A stretch of 37,363 nt of DNA, from assembly GCA_021162685.1 (NCBI GenBank), contig JAGGYF010000035.1:1-37363 (forward strand), written 5' to 3'. The notes under the pieces are model-generated. The model was not told the DNA's origin, did not search any database, and worked only from the letters and a program-made list of their open reading frames with translations. Of this stretch, positions 18,051 through 27,395 are shown piece after piece. The position numbers and the translations under genes are program-made. The first letter of the stretch is position 1; every line of letters begins with the position of its first letter. Origin of the DNA: Candidatus Iainarchaeum sp. (GTDB taxonomy: Archaea > B1Sed10-29 > WALL01).

Positions 18051-20765
18051 TCATGAGGCAATCAACCTCCTCTCTATCCTACGCTTTACGTCCTTGAATA
18101 GTTGCTCAATCTGTGGTTTTCTCTGTATAGGGATTGTTCCCTCTCCCTTATGTGGTGGTCCGCCTCCACCTCCACCTAACTTTTTGCATAATTCTGCTAC
18201 TATTTGTCCACCATTTATACCTTGTTTGACAAATTCAGAACCTACAGAACAAAATACATATATTCTGTCAGATATCCCCACAAGGAATAGGAAACGTTTA
18301 TCTGATGTTAGTTGCCTGGATATCTCTCGTAGGTAGTGCATGTTTGCATTATCAAATTTTTGGATAAGCACCTCATAATCTTTAATCCTCTCAATGTTTA
18401 ATCGTTCTGTTTTTGCCTTTTGTTTCCTTAACATTTCTAGCTCTTTTTTTATTTTTTTCCATTGTTCAATTAACTCTTTTGTTTTCTGTGGAACCTCCTC
18501 CAATGGCACATTTAGGATCTTTGCTGCTTCTTCTAGTAACTCCTTCCTATGCAACAATGCCTTCTCCGCTGAGCTTCCAGCAGCAAATGTTATCCTCACA
18601 ACACCATCTTGTATCTTTTCTGTATTGAGTATAGTAATCATTCCAATCTCTTTTGTATTTTTTACGTGTGTGCCACCACATGCCTCTACATCCCAGTCAG
18701 TTATATCCAAAACGAACAGTTCCTTTCCTGGGACAGCACCGCCCTGGTAAAGCCTCATGCCATATCTCCTTTCAGCCTCTGTTCTTGGCAATATCATGCG
18801 CTTGACTGGTCGTGCCTCTTGGATGACCTTGTTGGAAAGGCGTTCAATTTTCTCAACTTCTTCTTTTGAGGGGTTTTCATAGTGTGTTATATCCAAGTGC
18901 GCTTTTGATGTACTCTTATGTGCGCCTGCTTGGTATACATGCTTTCCAAGCACGCGTCTGCATGCCCCATTAATAACGTGTGTTGCAGTATGGTGCTGCG
19001 TAAGCAATGTCCTCCTATCCCAGTCTATTTTTCCATGGACTTTACCTTTGACAGGTTGTTCAACCCGATGTAAAATAACATCGCCGAACTTTTGTACGTT
19101 ATTTACTCGTATATTGTTTAGATATCCAGTATCATGCTCTTGCCCTCCAGATTCTGGATAGAATGCAGTTTGGTCAAGAGCAACCCATGTCTTGCCATTA
19201 ATCTCTCTTTCAGCAATTACAGTAGCATCAAATTCTTTGACATCCTCATAGTATAATTTTTTTGTTGGAGGAATACCCGAAACATCTACAACAAACTTTT
19301 CTTCTTCCTTTTTCTCTTTCATATGTCTTTCTGTAACCTTAACATAGAAGTTTGGTGGAATTTCAAACTGCTTACCTTCTTCCGCAGCAATCTCTGCAAT
19401 AAGTTCTGGTGTTATGCCCTGGGATTCGTATAATTGTACAAGTTTTTCCTCTGTAATCTTTTGGTTAGATGTCAATAACGTTCTTACAGTCCTTCTTGCT
19501 CTTTGCAGTGTGCTTCTGTATTTCTTTTCTTCAACCTCTAAAATCTTATGTATAGAATCTATATTTTCTATAAGAGAAGGATACAACGGTTTTAAATATC
19601 TGGCATGCTTTTCAGCAATATCTATGAGTTGGAAATCAAAAGAATGTTGGTTTATGAGATTTAGTGCTCTTCTCAATATTACTCTAAGGTTATACCCTCC
19701 TCCAACATTTGAAGGTAGGCCACCATCAGCAATTGCAAATGCTAATGCCCTTGCATGGTCACAGATTGTATATATTGCTTCTACTGGTGCAGTTCTTTTC
19801 TGCAATTCCTCAACAGATATACCCAACTGCTTTGCGATGGTTTGTTTTGAAGATAAAAGGTCATGTTCATCAGCATTTATTGCGCCTGCGAGTTTGGAAT
19901 ATTTCAGATAAAACGTTTGGTCATAATCAACATGCTTTTTCATATCCTCAATCACAGGACCGAATACAGCATCATATGCTGTGGGAGTTCCTTGTGAAAT
20001 CCATGCAAATCTTTCAAGCCCCGCGCCCATGTCAATGACTTTTTGTTCCATCTCTGTAAACTTTTCAGGAGTCCCCAAAAACTCTGTGAATACAGCATTT
20101 CCAAGTTCAAGTCCATGGGAATAGTACTCTAATGAACTACCAAAGGCATTTGGTCCAGCCCATATGTCCTCCACATATGTTATACTCTCTTCCGGAATGC
20201 CATACACCTTGGTGAGAAGTTCGTGATCTAGTTCAATACACCTATCCTTCCAATATCCTTTATTGCCTTCATATATACTATGCTGTCCTATCATGGTAAA
20301 ACAGGAGAAGTGCCTTCCAGATATACCAATATTTGGAATGTCATTGAACCTCAAGCAAACTTGAGGGACAATAAGAGGGTTTGCAGGCATTTCAAATACT
20401 GTTTTGTTGCCTACGCTTCTCTGGAAATCAACAATAGAAGCAACAGTGAAATATAACCCAGGAAACCACCTGCATATTACTGGATACCTTGCGATGCTTG
20501 TATGGCCATGCTCAACAAAAAATTTCTCTATGGCTCGCCATGCTTTAATGTAATCAACATTTATTTTTGTAGGGGGTTTTCCCAAAAAAGAGTACTCCAC
20601 ACATGGAGGGTCTCCACAGTACTCTGTATTGCTTTTTGTCCAGAAAAACTTTCCACATTTTGGGCATTGTTTCCTTTTCCAACCATCCTCAAATAGGGAC
20701 ACCTTCCAGTACCTATCTGGATTTTTCCTAAACATCCTCATAACGTTGGATTTATCTACGCCCAT
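18051..20765 (-). CDS. alaS: Alanine--tRNA ligase, archaeal type
   Basis: N-terminal CPKC...CGDPPC, VIDMGAGLER, GGGYNLRVILRR, editing motifs HHTATH and EACGGTH, C-Ala GGGGGG. Confidence 0.97.
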   Translation of the reverse strand: MGVDKSNVMRMFRKNPDRYWKVSLFEDGWKRKQCPKCGKFFWTKSNTEYCGDPPCVEYSFLGKPPTKINVDYIKAWRAIEKFFVEHGHTSIARYPVICRWFPGLYFTVASIVDFQRSVGNKTVFEMPANPLIVPQVCLRFNDIPNIGISGRHFSCFTMIGQHSIYEGNKGYWKDRCIELDHELLTKVYGIPEESITYVEDIWAGPNAFGSSLEYYSHGLELGNAVFTEFLGTPEKFTEMEQKVIDMGAGLERFAWISQGTPTAYDAVFGPVIEDMKKHVDYDQTFYLKYSKLAGAINADEHDLLSSKQTIAKQLGISVEELQKRTAPVEAIYTICDHARALAFAIADGGLPSNVGGGYNLRVILRRALNLINQHSFDFQLIDIAEKHARYLKPLYPSLIENIDSIHKILEVEEKKYRSTLQRARRTVRTLLTSNQKITEEKLVQLYESQGITPELIAEIAAEEGKQFEIPPNFYVKVTERHMKEKKEEEKFVVDVSGIPPTKKLYYEDVKEFDATVIAEREINGKTWVALDQTAFYPESGGQEHDTGYLNNIRVNNVQKFGDVILHRVEQPVKGKVHGKIDWDRRTLLTQHHTATHVINGACRRVLGKHVYQAGAHKSTSKAHLDITHYENPSKEEVEKIERLSNKVIQEARPVKRMILPRTEAERRYGMRLYQGGAVPGKELFVLDITDWDVEACGGTHVKNTKEIGMITILNTEKIQDGVVRITFAAGSSAEKALLHRKELLEEAAKILNVPLEEVPQKTKELIEQWKKIKKELEMLRKQKAKTERLNIERIKDYEVLIQKFDNANMHYLREISRQLTSDKRFLFLVGISDRIYVFCSVGSEFVKQGINGGQIVAELCKKLGGGGGGPPHKGEGTIPIQRKPQIEQLFKDVKRRIERRLIAS

Positions 20766-20801
20766 AGTAACCCTAATGTTTAGTCATTTATTATATAAAA
20801 A

Positions 20802-21086
20802 CTATAATAGTCCTGTACTCATCATTCTACGCAGCGTTATTATGAAAATACCAATACTGATTATGAAGTAGAGTAGAGGGATAACCTCTTTAAACAATGG
20901 AAGTTTTTCAGATGAAAAGACTATGGCATCAATAATTGCCCAGACAGAAGATAATACATAGATCTGATAGGTAAACGCACTCACCAACTTTCTCCTATAA
21001 TGTTTTAGCCTCATAGATACTACTCCTAGGAATATGAACATTGCAATCAGGAAGAGAATAGTCCTGCCAAGGGCAAGTATATTCAT
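20802..21086 (-). CDS. Small membrane protein (about 3 TM)
   Basis: 94 aa, hydrophobic. ATGA overlap with the upstream gene and GGAGG upstream. Confidence 0.7.
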   Translation of the reverse strand: MNILALGRTILFLIAMFIFLGVVSMRLKHYRRKLVSAFTYQIYVLSSVWAIIDAIVFSSEKLPLFKEVIPLLYFIISIGIFIITLRRMMSTGLL

Positions 21087-21349
21087 ATGTATCCCTCCAC
21101 CTTGCTATAGTAGATTCCCATGATGATAAGCAAAAAGGCAATCATTGTTTCTGATGTTTGGACAGCGGCATCCCATTCAAAAAATGTAAAGAAGTGGAAT
21201 AGCATCATCCAGAAAACAATCAATGTGAGAAGAGAAGATAGGTACATATACCTCTTTTTTGGCACTCTTCTCACTTTGGATGTAAGATATAGCATGAGTA
21301 CAAATGTTGCAAACATTAATGAGCCATTAACCACCCATATTGTCTCCAT
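21083..21349 (-). CDS. Small membrane protein (about 3 TM)
   Basis: Start taken as the ATG at 21349 (METIWVV), after AGGTGG and 9 nt past the KaiC-like stop. Three hydrophobic segments. Confidence 0.7.
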   Translation of the reverse strand: METIWVVNGSLMFATFVLMLYLTSKVRRVPKKRYMYLSSLLTLIVFWMMLFHFFTFFEWDAAVQTSETMIAFLLIIMGIYYSKVEGYI

Positions 21350-21357
21350 ACTACCAC

Positions 21358-22059
21358 CTATGCAAAGAACTCCTCTACTTTGACCTCCAATCCTTTCTCT
21401 GTAAGAGAAAAGTTGATCCACTTGAGTGGGTGTCTTGTATCAAGCATCCTCACTACCCTAAGCCTTCTTTGCCCATCTTTTAATACCATTTCAATTGTAC
21501 CGTCGCATACGTAATCAAGTGTAGAAACAACCCTTTCATTGTGTAAACCTTCTTCTAACACAACCATTGCGATAGAATTGTTTGTTTTGATTGTTCCACT
21601 AAATACTTGGAGGAATTTGAACACGCTCTTTTCATCCCCATACATAAGGAAATCTGATATAGAGTCTATGATTACCCGTGATGGAAGTTTTGTCTTTTTT
21701 AATCCCTCTTTTACAAGTTCGTTCAACTCATTTAGCTCAAGAAGGGAGTGTAACCTTGCAACTCCTTCTTCGTTTTTCAGTTCTCTTCTGGGAGTCCTCC
21801 AGGAATAGCAATCTATGAAAAACACATTTTTCAATATCTCTTTGTTTCCACCACAATAGTCTACTAACACCTTTTTTATATGCGAAACAGGCTCTCCCGT
21901 AACGATGTAGATGGCAAATTCCCTGTTTTCTAAGCCTTTACATATGAATTGCTTACAGAATGTTGTTTTTCCAGAACCTGGTGGGCCTCTTAAAAGCAGT
22001 ACTGCTTTTGATGGAAACCCTCCTCCTAATAATTTGTCAATTCCGGGCACTCCTGACAC
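21358..22059 (-). CDS. KaiC/RAD55-family single-domain ATPase
   Basis: GVPGIDKLLGGG, Walker A GPPGSGKT, Walker B VIIDSIS, DYVCDGTI, RRLRVVRM. Start uncertain (see findings). Confidence 0.9.
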   Translation of the reverse strand: MSGVPGIDKLLGGGFPSKAVLLLRGPPGSGKTTFCKQFICKGLENREFAIYIVTGEPVSHIKKVLVDYCGGNKEILKNVFFIDCYSWRTPRRELKNEEGVARLHSLLELNELNELVKEGLKKTKLPSRVIIDSISDFLMYGDEKSVFKFLQVFSGTIKTNNSIAMVVLEEGLHNERVVSTLDYVCDGTIEMVLKDGQRRLRVVRMLDTRHPLKWINFSLTEKGLEVKVEEFFA

Positions 22060-22076
22060 ACGTCGCTTGTTTATCT

Positions 22077-22724
22077 TTATCCCTCCTTTAAACTAAATGC
22101 ATACATAAAAAACATACCCATTAATGTGGATGCAATGCCAGTTAAAGGTGTTGAGGCAATTCCTAGCAATGGGAGGAAGGCAGTTATTGTAATGATGCTA
22201 ACAAACAATGCAACACCGGAAAAGATTAGTAGTATTCTCTGCTTGTTTATCTTTTTCACAAGGGATGACTCTAGCTTATATATGAGATAGAGAGAGTAAG
22301 CATTTACTAGTATAACATATTCCAAATAAATCCATATCAATGGACCAAATTCCATCACATATCCATACGCGATGTGCTTTATGGATACAACCATTGTTTT
22401 AGTGAACAGGACAAAAACAGAGAGCAACCCAGGTATTGCGTAAAAGCTTATGGGCAGTTCCCTATCAAAAAAACGTTCAACAAAGTGTAGTAGAAACATT
22501 GCGGAGAACGCGGCAAATACATATGCGCTCCTAACCAGGAGTAATGCATAAGGAGGATGGGAAATCCTAAGAATCATCTCAGATGCATTCCATGCAACAA
22601 CGCACGCAAGTGCAAAAATAAATGGCGGATGATATCGCGTTTTCTTTATTTTGGGTATGAGATAAAGAAGAAGGCCCAGGTTCACAAAAAATCCAATCAT
22701 TGAGAAGATTGCAAGGAATCGCAT
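22077..22724 (-). CDS. Stand-alone 7TM sensor domain (HisKA_7TM-like)
   Basis: About 7 hydrophobic helices with the family-like pattern AW...LLHF...FGP...Y...KQ..LI..G...PLT. No cytoplasmic output domain. Start chosen ~22 nt below a TATA box; upstream ATGs (22742, 22763, 22787) are possible. Confidence 0.72.
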   Translation of the reverse strand: MRFLAIFSMIGFFVNLGLLLYLIPKIKKTRYHPPFIFALACVVAWNASEMILRISHPPYALLLVRSAYVFAAFSAMFLLHFVERFFDRELPISFYAIPGLLSVFVLFTKTMVVSIKHIAYGYVMEFGPLIWIYLEYVILVNAYSLYLIYKLESSLVKKINKQRILLIFSGVALFVSIITITAFLPLLGIASTPLTGIASTLMGMFFMYAFSLKEG

Positions 22725-22745
22725 GATTGATTTTAGGGACATCTC

Positions 22746-22780
22746 CTTATAAACCTTTTCCATGCAAAAGTATATTAATA
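22746..22780. promoter_or_regulatory. Back-to-back divergent archaeal promoters
   Basis: Minus strand GAAAAGG-TTTATAAG lies ~22 nt before ATG 22724. Plus strand GCAAAAG-TATATTAATA lies ~22 nt before ATG 22802. This spacing suggests leaderless mRNAs. Confidence 0.55.
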
Positions 22781-22801
22781 TAGTCATTACTAGAAAAGAG
22801 T

Positions 22802-24505
22802 ATGAACGCTTCTCTTACTGCAATGTTTAAAGCGCATAGGAAAACGATGGGGAAACAGTTGGAAGAAACACTTGTTTTGTTGCTAAGAAAATATAAGAAG
22901 AAGATAGCAAGGGAGTGGGCAACTAGACTCAAAGAAATTGCAGAAAGTAGAGGACAAAGACTCTCGTTCCCAAAGCACAAGCAGAGATTTGAAAAGGTCG
23001 TTGAGTATATAACAGAAGAAATAGAGACAGGGGAGACAGAACAACTCAAGCGCTTTTTTCTAACCATCGCGAAGAGAAGTCCAAGTTTTGGGTTTTCAAT
23101 TGAGGAGGTACATATCGGATTTTCTGTGTTAAAGGAGGTAATGTATGAGATTATTGAGGAGAATACCTCAAAGCCAGAGCAGGTAAAATTGCGTAGATTA
23201 TTCAGACGTGTTGTTGATGGAGATACTATACTACTGGCAAAGGCATTTCTGGGTGTAAGAGAAGAAGAGTTGAGGACATCAGAAGAGAAGTATAGGTTTT
23301 TAGTTGAAAATTCAACAGATACAATATTTACTATAGGTTTAGATGCAAAATTCTCTTTTATCAATAAGCATGGAATAAGAACCAGTGGGTTTAGTGAGGA
23401 TGAACTTGTTGGCAAACCATTTACAAAGATTATACCGAAAAAGGATAGAAAAAAAGCAATGGGGATATTCAGACAGGTTATGCAGGGAAAAACCATACGG
23501 AATGTTGAATTGCCTGTTTTGCACAAAAATGGCGAAGTTGTAATTATGGAATTTAGAGCAAAACCAATCTACAAGGAAGGAAAGAGTATTGGGGGCATAG
23601 GTGTTGGGAGGGATATAACAGAACGTAAGAAGATGGAAAAACAACTAAGAGAAACAACAGAGCGATTGAAGAAGATATTGATGGATTCTACAGTATCAAT
23701 AATTATTGTAGATAAAAAAGGTCACATAGAGATATTCAACAAAGGTGCGCAGAAACTTACAGGATATTCCCAAACTGATGTTGTTGGTAAGCCAGTAGAT
23801 ATCTTGTTCTCTGGCGAAGATAAAAAGGTAATAGTAGAATTGTTAAAAACCAAAGCTAGGGCAAAGGGGATTGAGGCAGTATTCAGAAAAAAGAACGGGA
23901 AAACAGTTCCTGTTGCACTTTCTATATCCAACCTATACGGAAATCAGAAAAATCCTTCTGGGGCAATAATCATTGCCATAGATGTTTCAAAGATAGAGCG
24001 AATAAAACAAGAATTAGTTAGAGAGAGGGACTTTGCTAAAAAGATTATAGAAACTTCTCCTTCTCTCATCGTTGTTCTGGATAAACGTGGGAGGATATTG
24101 CTTCTGAATAAATGGGCTGAGAAGATATTGAAATGTGACAGAGAGAAGTATATTGGAAAAAGTTGGTTTACGCATTTCCTCAGGAAAGAGGATATTATAC
24201 CCCTGAAAAAATACTTCAAGGAACTTTTGAAAGGCAATGTCAAACACAGACACAGAAGTAGGGTAGTAACAACAGATGGAAAGACCCGTACAATTGAATG
24301 GGACAATGCAATCATATATGACGAAAAAGGCGACATAGAAATGATTATCAGCATAGGCAGAGACATCACAGAACAGTTGCGCTTAGAGGAAGAATTAAAG
24401 AAAAGGTTAAAAGAGCTTGAAACATTTAAGAAATTTGCTGTTGGCAGGGAGTTGAGAATAATTGAACTAAAAAACAGGATAAAGCAGTTAGAGGCAATAA
24501 GATGA
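22802..24505 (+). CDS. Sensor protein: globin-like/RsbRD_N-like N-terminus, 3 PAS/PAC domains, C-terminal coiled coil; no kinase domain
   Basis: SEEKYRFLVENS...GRDITERK, then two more PAS units ending AIDVS and GRDITE. Terminal AVGRELRIIELK. Confidence 0.88.
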   Translation: MNASLTAMFKAHRKTMGKQLEETLVLLLRKYKKKIAREWATRLKEIAESRGQRLSFPKHKQRFEKVVEYITEEIETGETEQLKRFFLTIAKRSPSFGFSIEEVHIGFSVLKEVMYEIIEENTSKPEQVKLRRLFRRVVDGDTILLAKAFLGVREEELRTSEEKYRFLVENSTDTIFTIGLDAKFSFINKHGIRTSGFSEDELVGKPFTKIIPKKDRKKAMGIFRQVMQGKTIRNVELPVLHKNGEVVIMEFRAKPIYKEGKSIGGIGVGRDITERKKMEKQLRETTERLKKILMDSTVSIIIVDKKGHIEIFNKGAQKLTGYSQTDVVGKPVDILFSGEDKKVIVELLKTKARAKGIEAVFRKKNGKTVPVALSISNLYGNQKNPSGAIIIAIDVSKIERIKQELVRERDFAKKIIETSPSLIVVLDKRGRILLLNKWAEKILKCDREKYIGKSWFTHFLRKEDIIPLKKYFKELLKGNVKHRHRSRVVTTDGKTRTIEWDNAIIYDEKGDIEMIISIGRDITEQLRLEEELKKRLKELETFKKFAVGRELRIIELKNRIKQLEAIR

Positions 24506-25422
24506 TGGACAAGATTGTTGTGATATCTGAACCAATAAGTGTCATCTTCCTATTCATCATCATGCTCGCTGCTTTGGCAATAGTTATCATAGAGCAATGG
24601 AAACAGAGTACTGACAGGAAGATAAAGGAGAGGACAATACAATTGCGTGGATTACTTAAAGAAAGGGAGAAAGAGAAAAAGGAATTAGAAAACATGCATG
24701 CTGCATTATTGAATATGATGGAAGACTTGAATGAATCATATGAGGAATTAAGGAGAACAGACGTTTTGAAATCAAGGTTTATAAGGGATATGTCACATGA
24801 ATTGAAGACCCCAGTTGCAGTAATCTCTGGTAATATCCAACTTCTTAGGGATAAGAGGATATACACAAATAGAAAACGCTTGGAAGAAGTATTGGATATG
24901 CTTGATAGAAACATAAAACGGCTTGAAGGAACAATTGATGAGCTTTTGAACATATCTCGTTTAGAATCACTTGATTTTGTTTTTAAGAAGGTGAACATAT
25001 CAAAGATAATAAAAGAAAAGGTAAAAGAGTATGAACCAATAGCCAAGGCGAAAAATCTAAAGTTAGTTTATAAGGTTGAACCACTACCAAAAATTATGGC
25101 CGATGCTGAAAGAATAGGGTATGCGATAGGTAACATTATAAGTAATGCTATAAAATTTACAGATAAAGGATATGTCAAAATAGAGGCGAGGAAAAAGGGG
25201 AACGAAATAATCTTTAAGGTGAAAGATACAGGGAGGGGGATACCAAAGAAAGATACTGATAAGGTTTTCCGCAAGTTCTATAAGGTTTATCCAGAGATCC
25301 CTGGGACAGGCATTGGGCTTTCAGTGACAAAGGAGATTGTAGAGGCGCATGGAGGGCGCATATGGTTCAAAAGCAAGGAAGGAAAGGGAAGCACTTTTAT
25401 ATTTGCTATACCCATAAAGTAA
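24502..25422 (+). CDS. Membrane-anchored histidine kinase (HisKA + HATPase_c)
   Basis: N-terminal TM, H box MSHELKTP, N box NIISNAIKFT, G1 DTGRGI, G2 GTGIGL. Confidence 0.95.
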   Translation: MMDKIVVISEPISVIFLFIIMLAALAIVIIEQWKQSTDRKIKERTIQLRGLLKEREKEKKELENMHAALLNMMEDLNESYEELRRTDVLKSRFIRDMSHELKTPVAVISGNIQLLRDKRIYTNRKRLEEVLDMLDRNIKRLEGTIDELLNISRLESLDFVFKKVNISKIIKEKVKEYEPIAKAKNLKLVYKVEPLPKIMADAERIGYAIGNIISNAIKFTDKGYVKIEARKKGNEIIFKVKDTGRGIPKKDTDKVFRKFYKVYPEIPGTGIGLSVTKEIVEAHGGRIWFKSKEGKGSTFIFAIPIK

Positions 25423-25432
25423 TGGTGGTGAT

Positions 25433-25807
25433 ATGGGCAACATATTGATAGTGGAAGATGAGCCTGATATGGCAAGAACTATTCAAATTATGTTGGAGAG
25501 TGAAGGTTATTCAACAGAAATAGCAGAGAATGTAGACAAAGCAATGAACATACTCAAAACAAAAGGTGCGGACCTTGTTCTGTTAGATATTATTCTGCCA
25601 CAAGTGCATGGAGATGTTTTACTCAAAAAGATGCAGAAGTCAGAGAAACTAAAGAAAGTACCAGTGATTGTTGTTACAGTTGTTGACCCTGTAACAGGCA
25701 TTAAAGAGGATATGAAAGAGATAAAAAAAGATGTAGGTTTCATATCCAAACCATTCAAAAAAGAACATCTTTTGAGGGAAGTAAAACAAAGATTAAAGGA
25801 CAACTAA
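25433..25807 (+). CDS. Stand-alone response regulator receiver (CheY-like)
   Basis: ILIVEDE, phosphoacceptor in LLDIILP, VIVVT, SKPF. GGTGAT SD. Confidence 0.93.
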   Translation: MGNILIVEDEPDMARTIQIMLESEGYSTEIAENVDKAMNILKTKGADLVLLDIILPQVHGDVLLKKMQKSEKLKKVPVIVVTVVDPVTGIKEDMKEIKKDVGFISKPFKKEHLLREVKQRLKDN

Positions 25808-25837
25808 GAGCAGAGGTAGTGTAATATATAGACTAAC

Positions 25838-26629
25838 TTACTTAGGAAATACCTTCATCAAGAATTCACAGTATGTGTCACCCAAGCCCCAGCATTTTGT
25901 TTCTTTTACAGCCACATTTTCAAGTTCTAGAAATTGGCAAAACGCGCCCCTAATCAATCCTCTTGTTATGTGACAAACTGGTTTATTCACTAAAGGTATG
26001 CCTGAGGCAACTGCACATTCATCAACTCTAAACGTGTACATCTTCATATTGCTCTCTTTTTCATCCTTCTTTGTTTTGTAGGTAACGATCCCTATCTTCT
26101 GTTCTTTGAAATATTTCACAATTGCATCTGCTAACTCATCTGTGTTCTTTGGTTTATATATTCTGACAAGTCTTCTTCCGATATTCTCACCTGCTTGGAC
26201 ACTATTACGTTCTGCTTGAAACTCTGGCATTATGTCATGGGCAGAATATATAAGTTCTTTTAGCAAATCAGCTGCAACCTCATTTTTTAGTTTCACTCGC
26301 GTTCCTTCAGGCGTTTCATATGTGAAGTCCATCTGATGCCCGTTTTTGAATACTTCCTCAACATCAAACTTGTACCCCTGTTTTTTTATTTCCTCTAAGA
26401 GTTCAACAATCTTGACACCACTCACAATTAGCACTTCTTTCAATTCATTTATTGTTTTTCCAGGGACAAACGCCCTTATCTCTCCGTTTAGGAAAACCTG
26501 TATCCTTAAGTTCCCTATGCTTTTCTCAAATAATTCAAGACCATCTACTTTCTTTAGCCCGCTGATTTTTGAGAGCTTCTTTGGGTCTAAATGCATCCCG
26601 ATGTGATATACATACGCCTGTGCTTGCAT
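25838..26629 (-). CDS. V4R-domain protein with an unassigned N-terminal domain
   Basis: ECAVASG...PVCHITRGLIRG...VKETKCWGLGDTYCEF. Confidence 0.88.
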   Translation of the reverse strand: MQAQAYVYHIGMHLDPKKLSKISGLKKVDGLELFEKSIGNLRIQVFLNGEIRAFVPGKTINELKEVLIVSGVKIVELLEEIKKQGYKFDVEEVFKNGHQMDFTYETPEGTRVKLKNEVAADLLKELIYSAHDIMPEFQAERNSVQAGENIGRRLVRIYKPKNTDELADAIVKYFKEQKIGIVTYKTKKDEKESNMKMYTFRVDECAVASGIPLVNKPVCHITRGLIRGAFCQFLELENVAVKETKCWGLGDTYCEFLMKVFPK

Positions 26630-26638
26630 ATAACCACT

Positions 26639-27331
26639 TTATATAATCTCCTCTTGGTAGACAACAATACCCTTCGGTGTTATTTTGAATGGATAGATAT
26701 TGTTGCTATGGGCAACTCCCCTCATCTTCACTATCTCTAATGCTCTTCTACGTTCGTTTCTTACAGGTATGTTATACAAAACAATGACACCATCAACAAC
26801 GAACTCCTCTAGCGTGTATGTGGATGCCTCCCTCGTGAGGCTTTGACTTTCAGATGTTAGGAGGACTGTACAATCAAGGTTCTCCAAAAATCCGAGAAGG
26901 CCGATTAGCTTTCTTCTGAACTCAAATGTGTCACGTGTATTAAGTCGCAGTATAGTTAATGGGTCAATAACAACCCTCCTGACTTTATGTCTTGTAACAT
27001 ATGATTGTAACATATCTGTTAGTGTATCCCAATCAAATTTGTCCACAGTAGTTATCACAATATTTCCTTCTCTCAAATGTTTTTCTAAGTCCCAATTGAA
27101 TCCTTGACTCAGGTTCTCAACAAGTTTTTCTGATTTTTCTTCTAATGAGATAAACAATCCTTTATCACCAAACTTTTCAGCACCATTATACAAAAACTGC
27201 ATAGCGAATGTTGTCTTTCCAGAACCCGGCCCACCAGTGACCAAGACGTGCCTCTTTTTTAGGAGTCCACCACCAAGCATCTCATCCAATCCCTTAATTC
27301 CTGTTGGCACCCTTGGTATCTTCTCTTTCAT
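26639..27331 (-). CDS. KaiC/RAD55-family single-domain ATPase
   Basis: VPTGIKGLDEMLGGG, GGPGSGKT, ISLEE, VVIDP, EEFVVDGVI, RALEIVKMRG. Confidence 0.93.
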   Translation of the reverse strand: MKEKIPRVPTGIKGLDEMLGGGLLKKRHVLVTGGPGSGKTTFAMQFLYNGAEKFGDKGLFISLEEKSEKLVENLSQGFNWDLEKHLREGNIVITTVDKFDWDTLTDMLQSYVTRHKVRRVVIDPLTILRLNTRDTFEFRRKLIGLLGFLENLDCTVLLTSESQSLTREASTYTLEEFVVDGVIVLYNIPVRNERRRALEIVKMRGVAHSNNIYPFKITPKGIVVYQEEII

Positions 27332-27361
27332 TATACCACCATTTTTTACTTATGAATTGCC

Positions 27362-27392
27362 CCTATTTAAATATATCATATGTATAAATATA
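27362..27392. promoter_or_regulatory. Putative divergent TATA boxes between the KaiC-like gene and agmatinase
   Basis: TATTTAAATATA and TATAAATA in the 64-nt intergenic gap. Confidence 0.45.
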
Positions 27393-27395
27393 GTT

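Noticed and set aside
21358-27331. Cyanobacterial-type KaiABC circadian clock
   Set aside because: Both ATPases are single-domain, lack the Ser/Thr phosphosite pair, and no kaiA or kaiB is visible.
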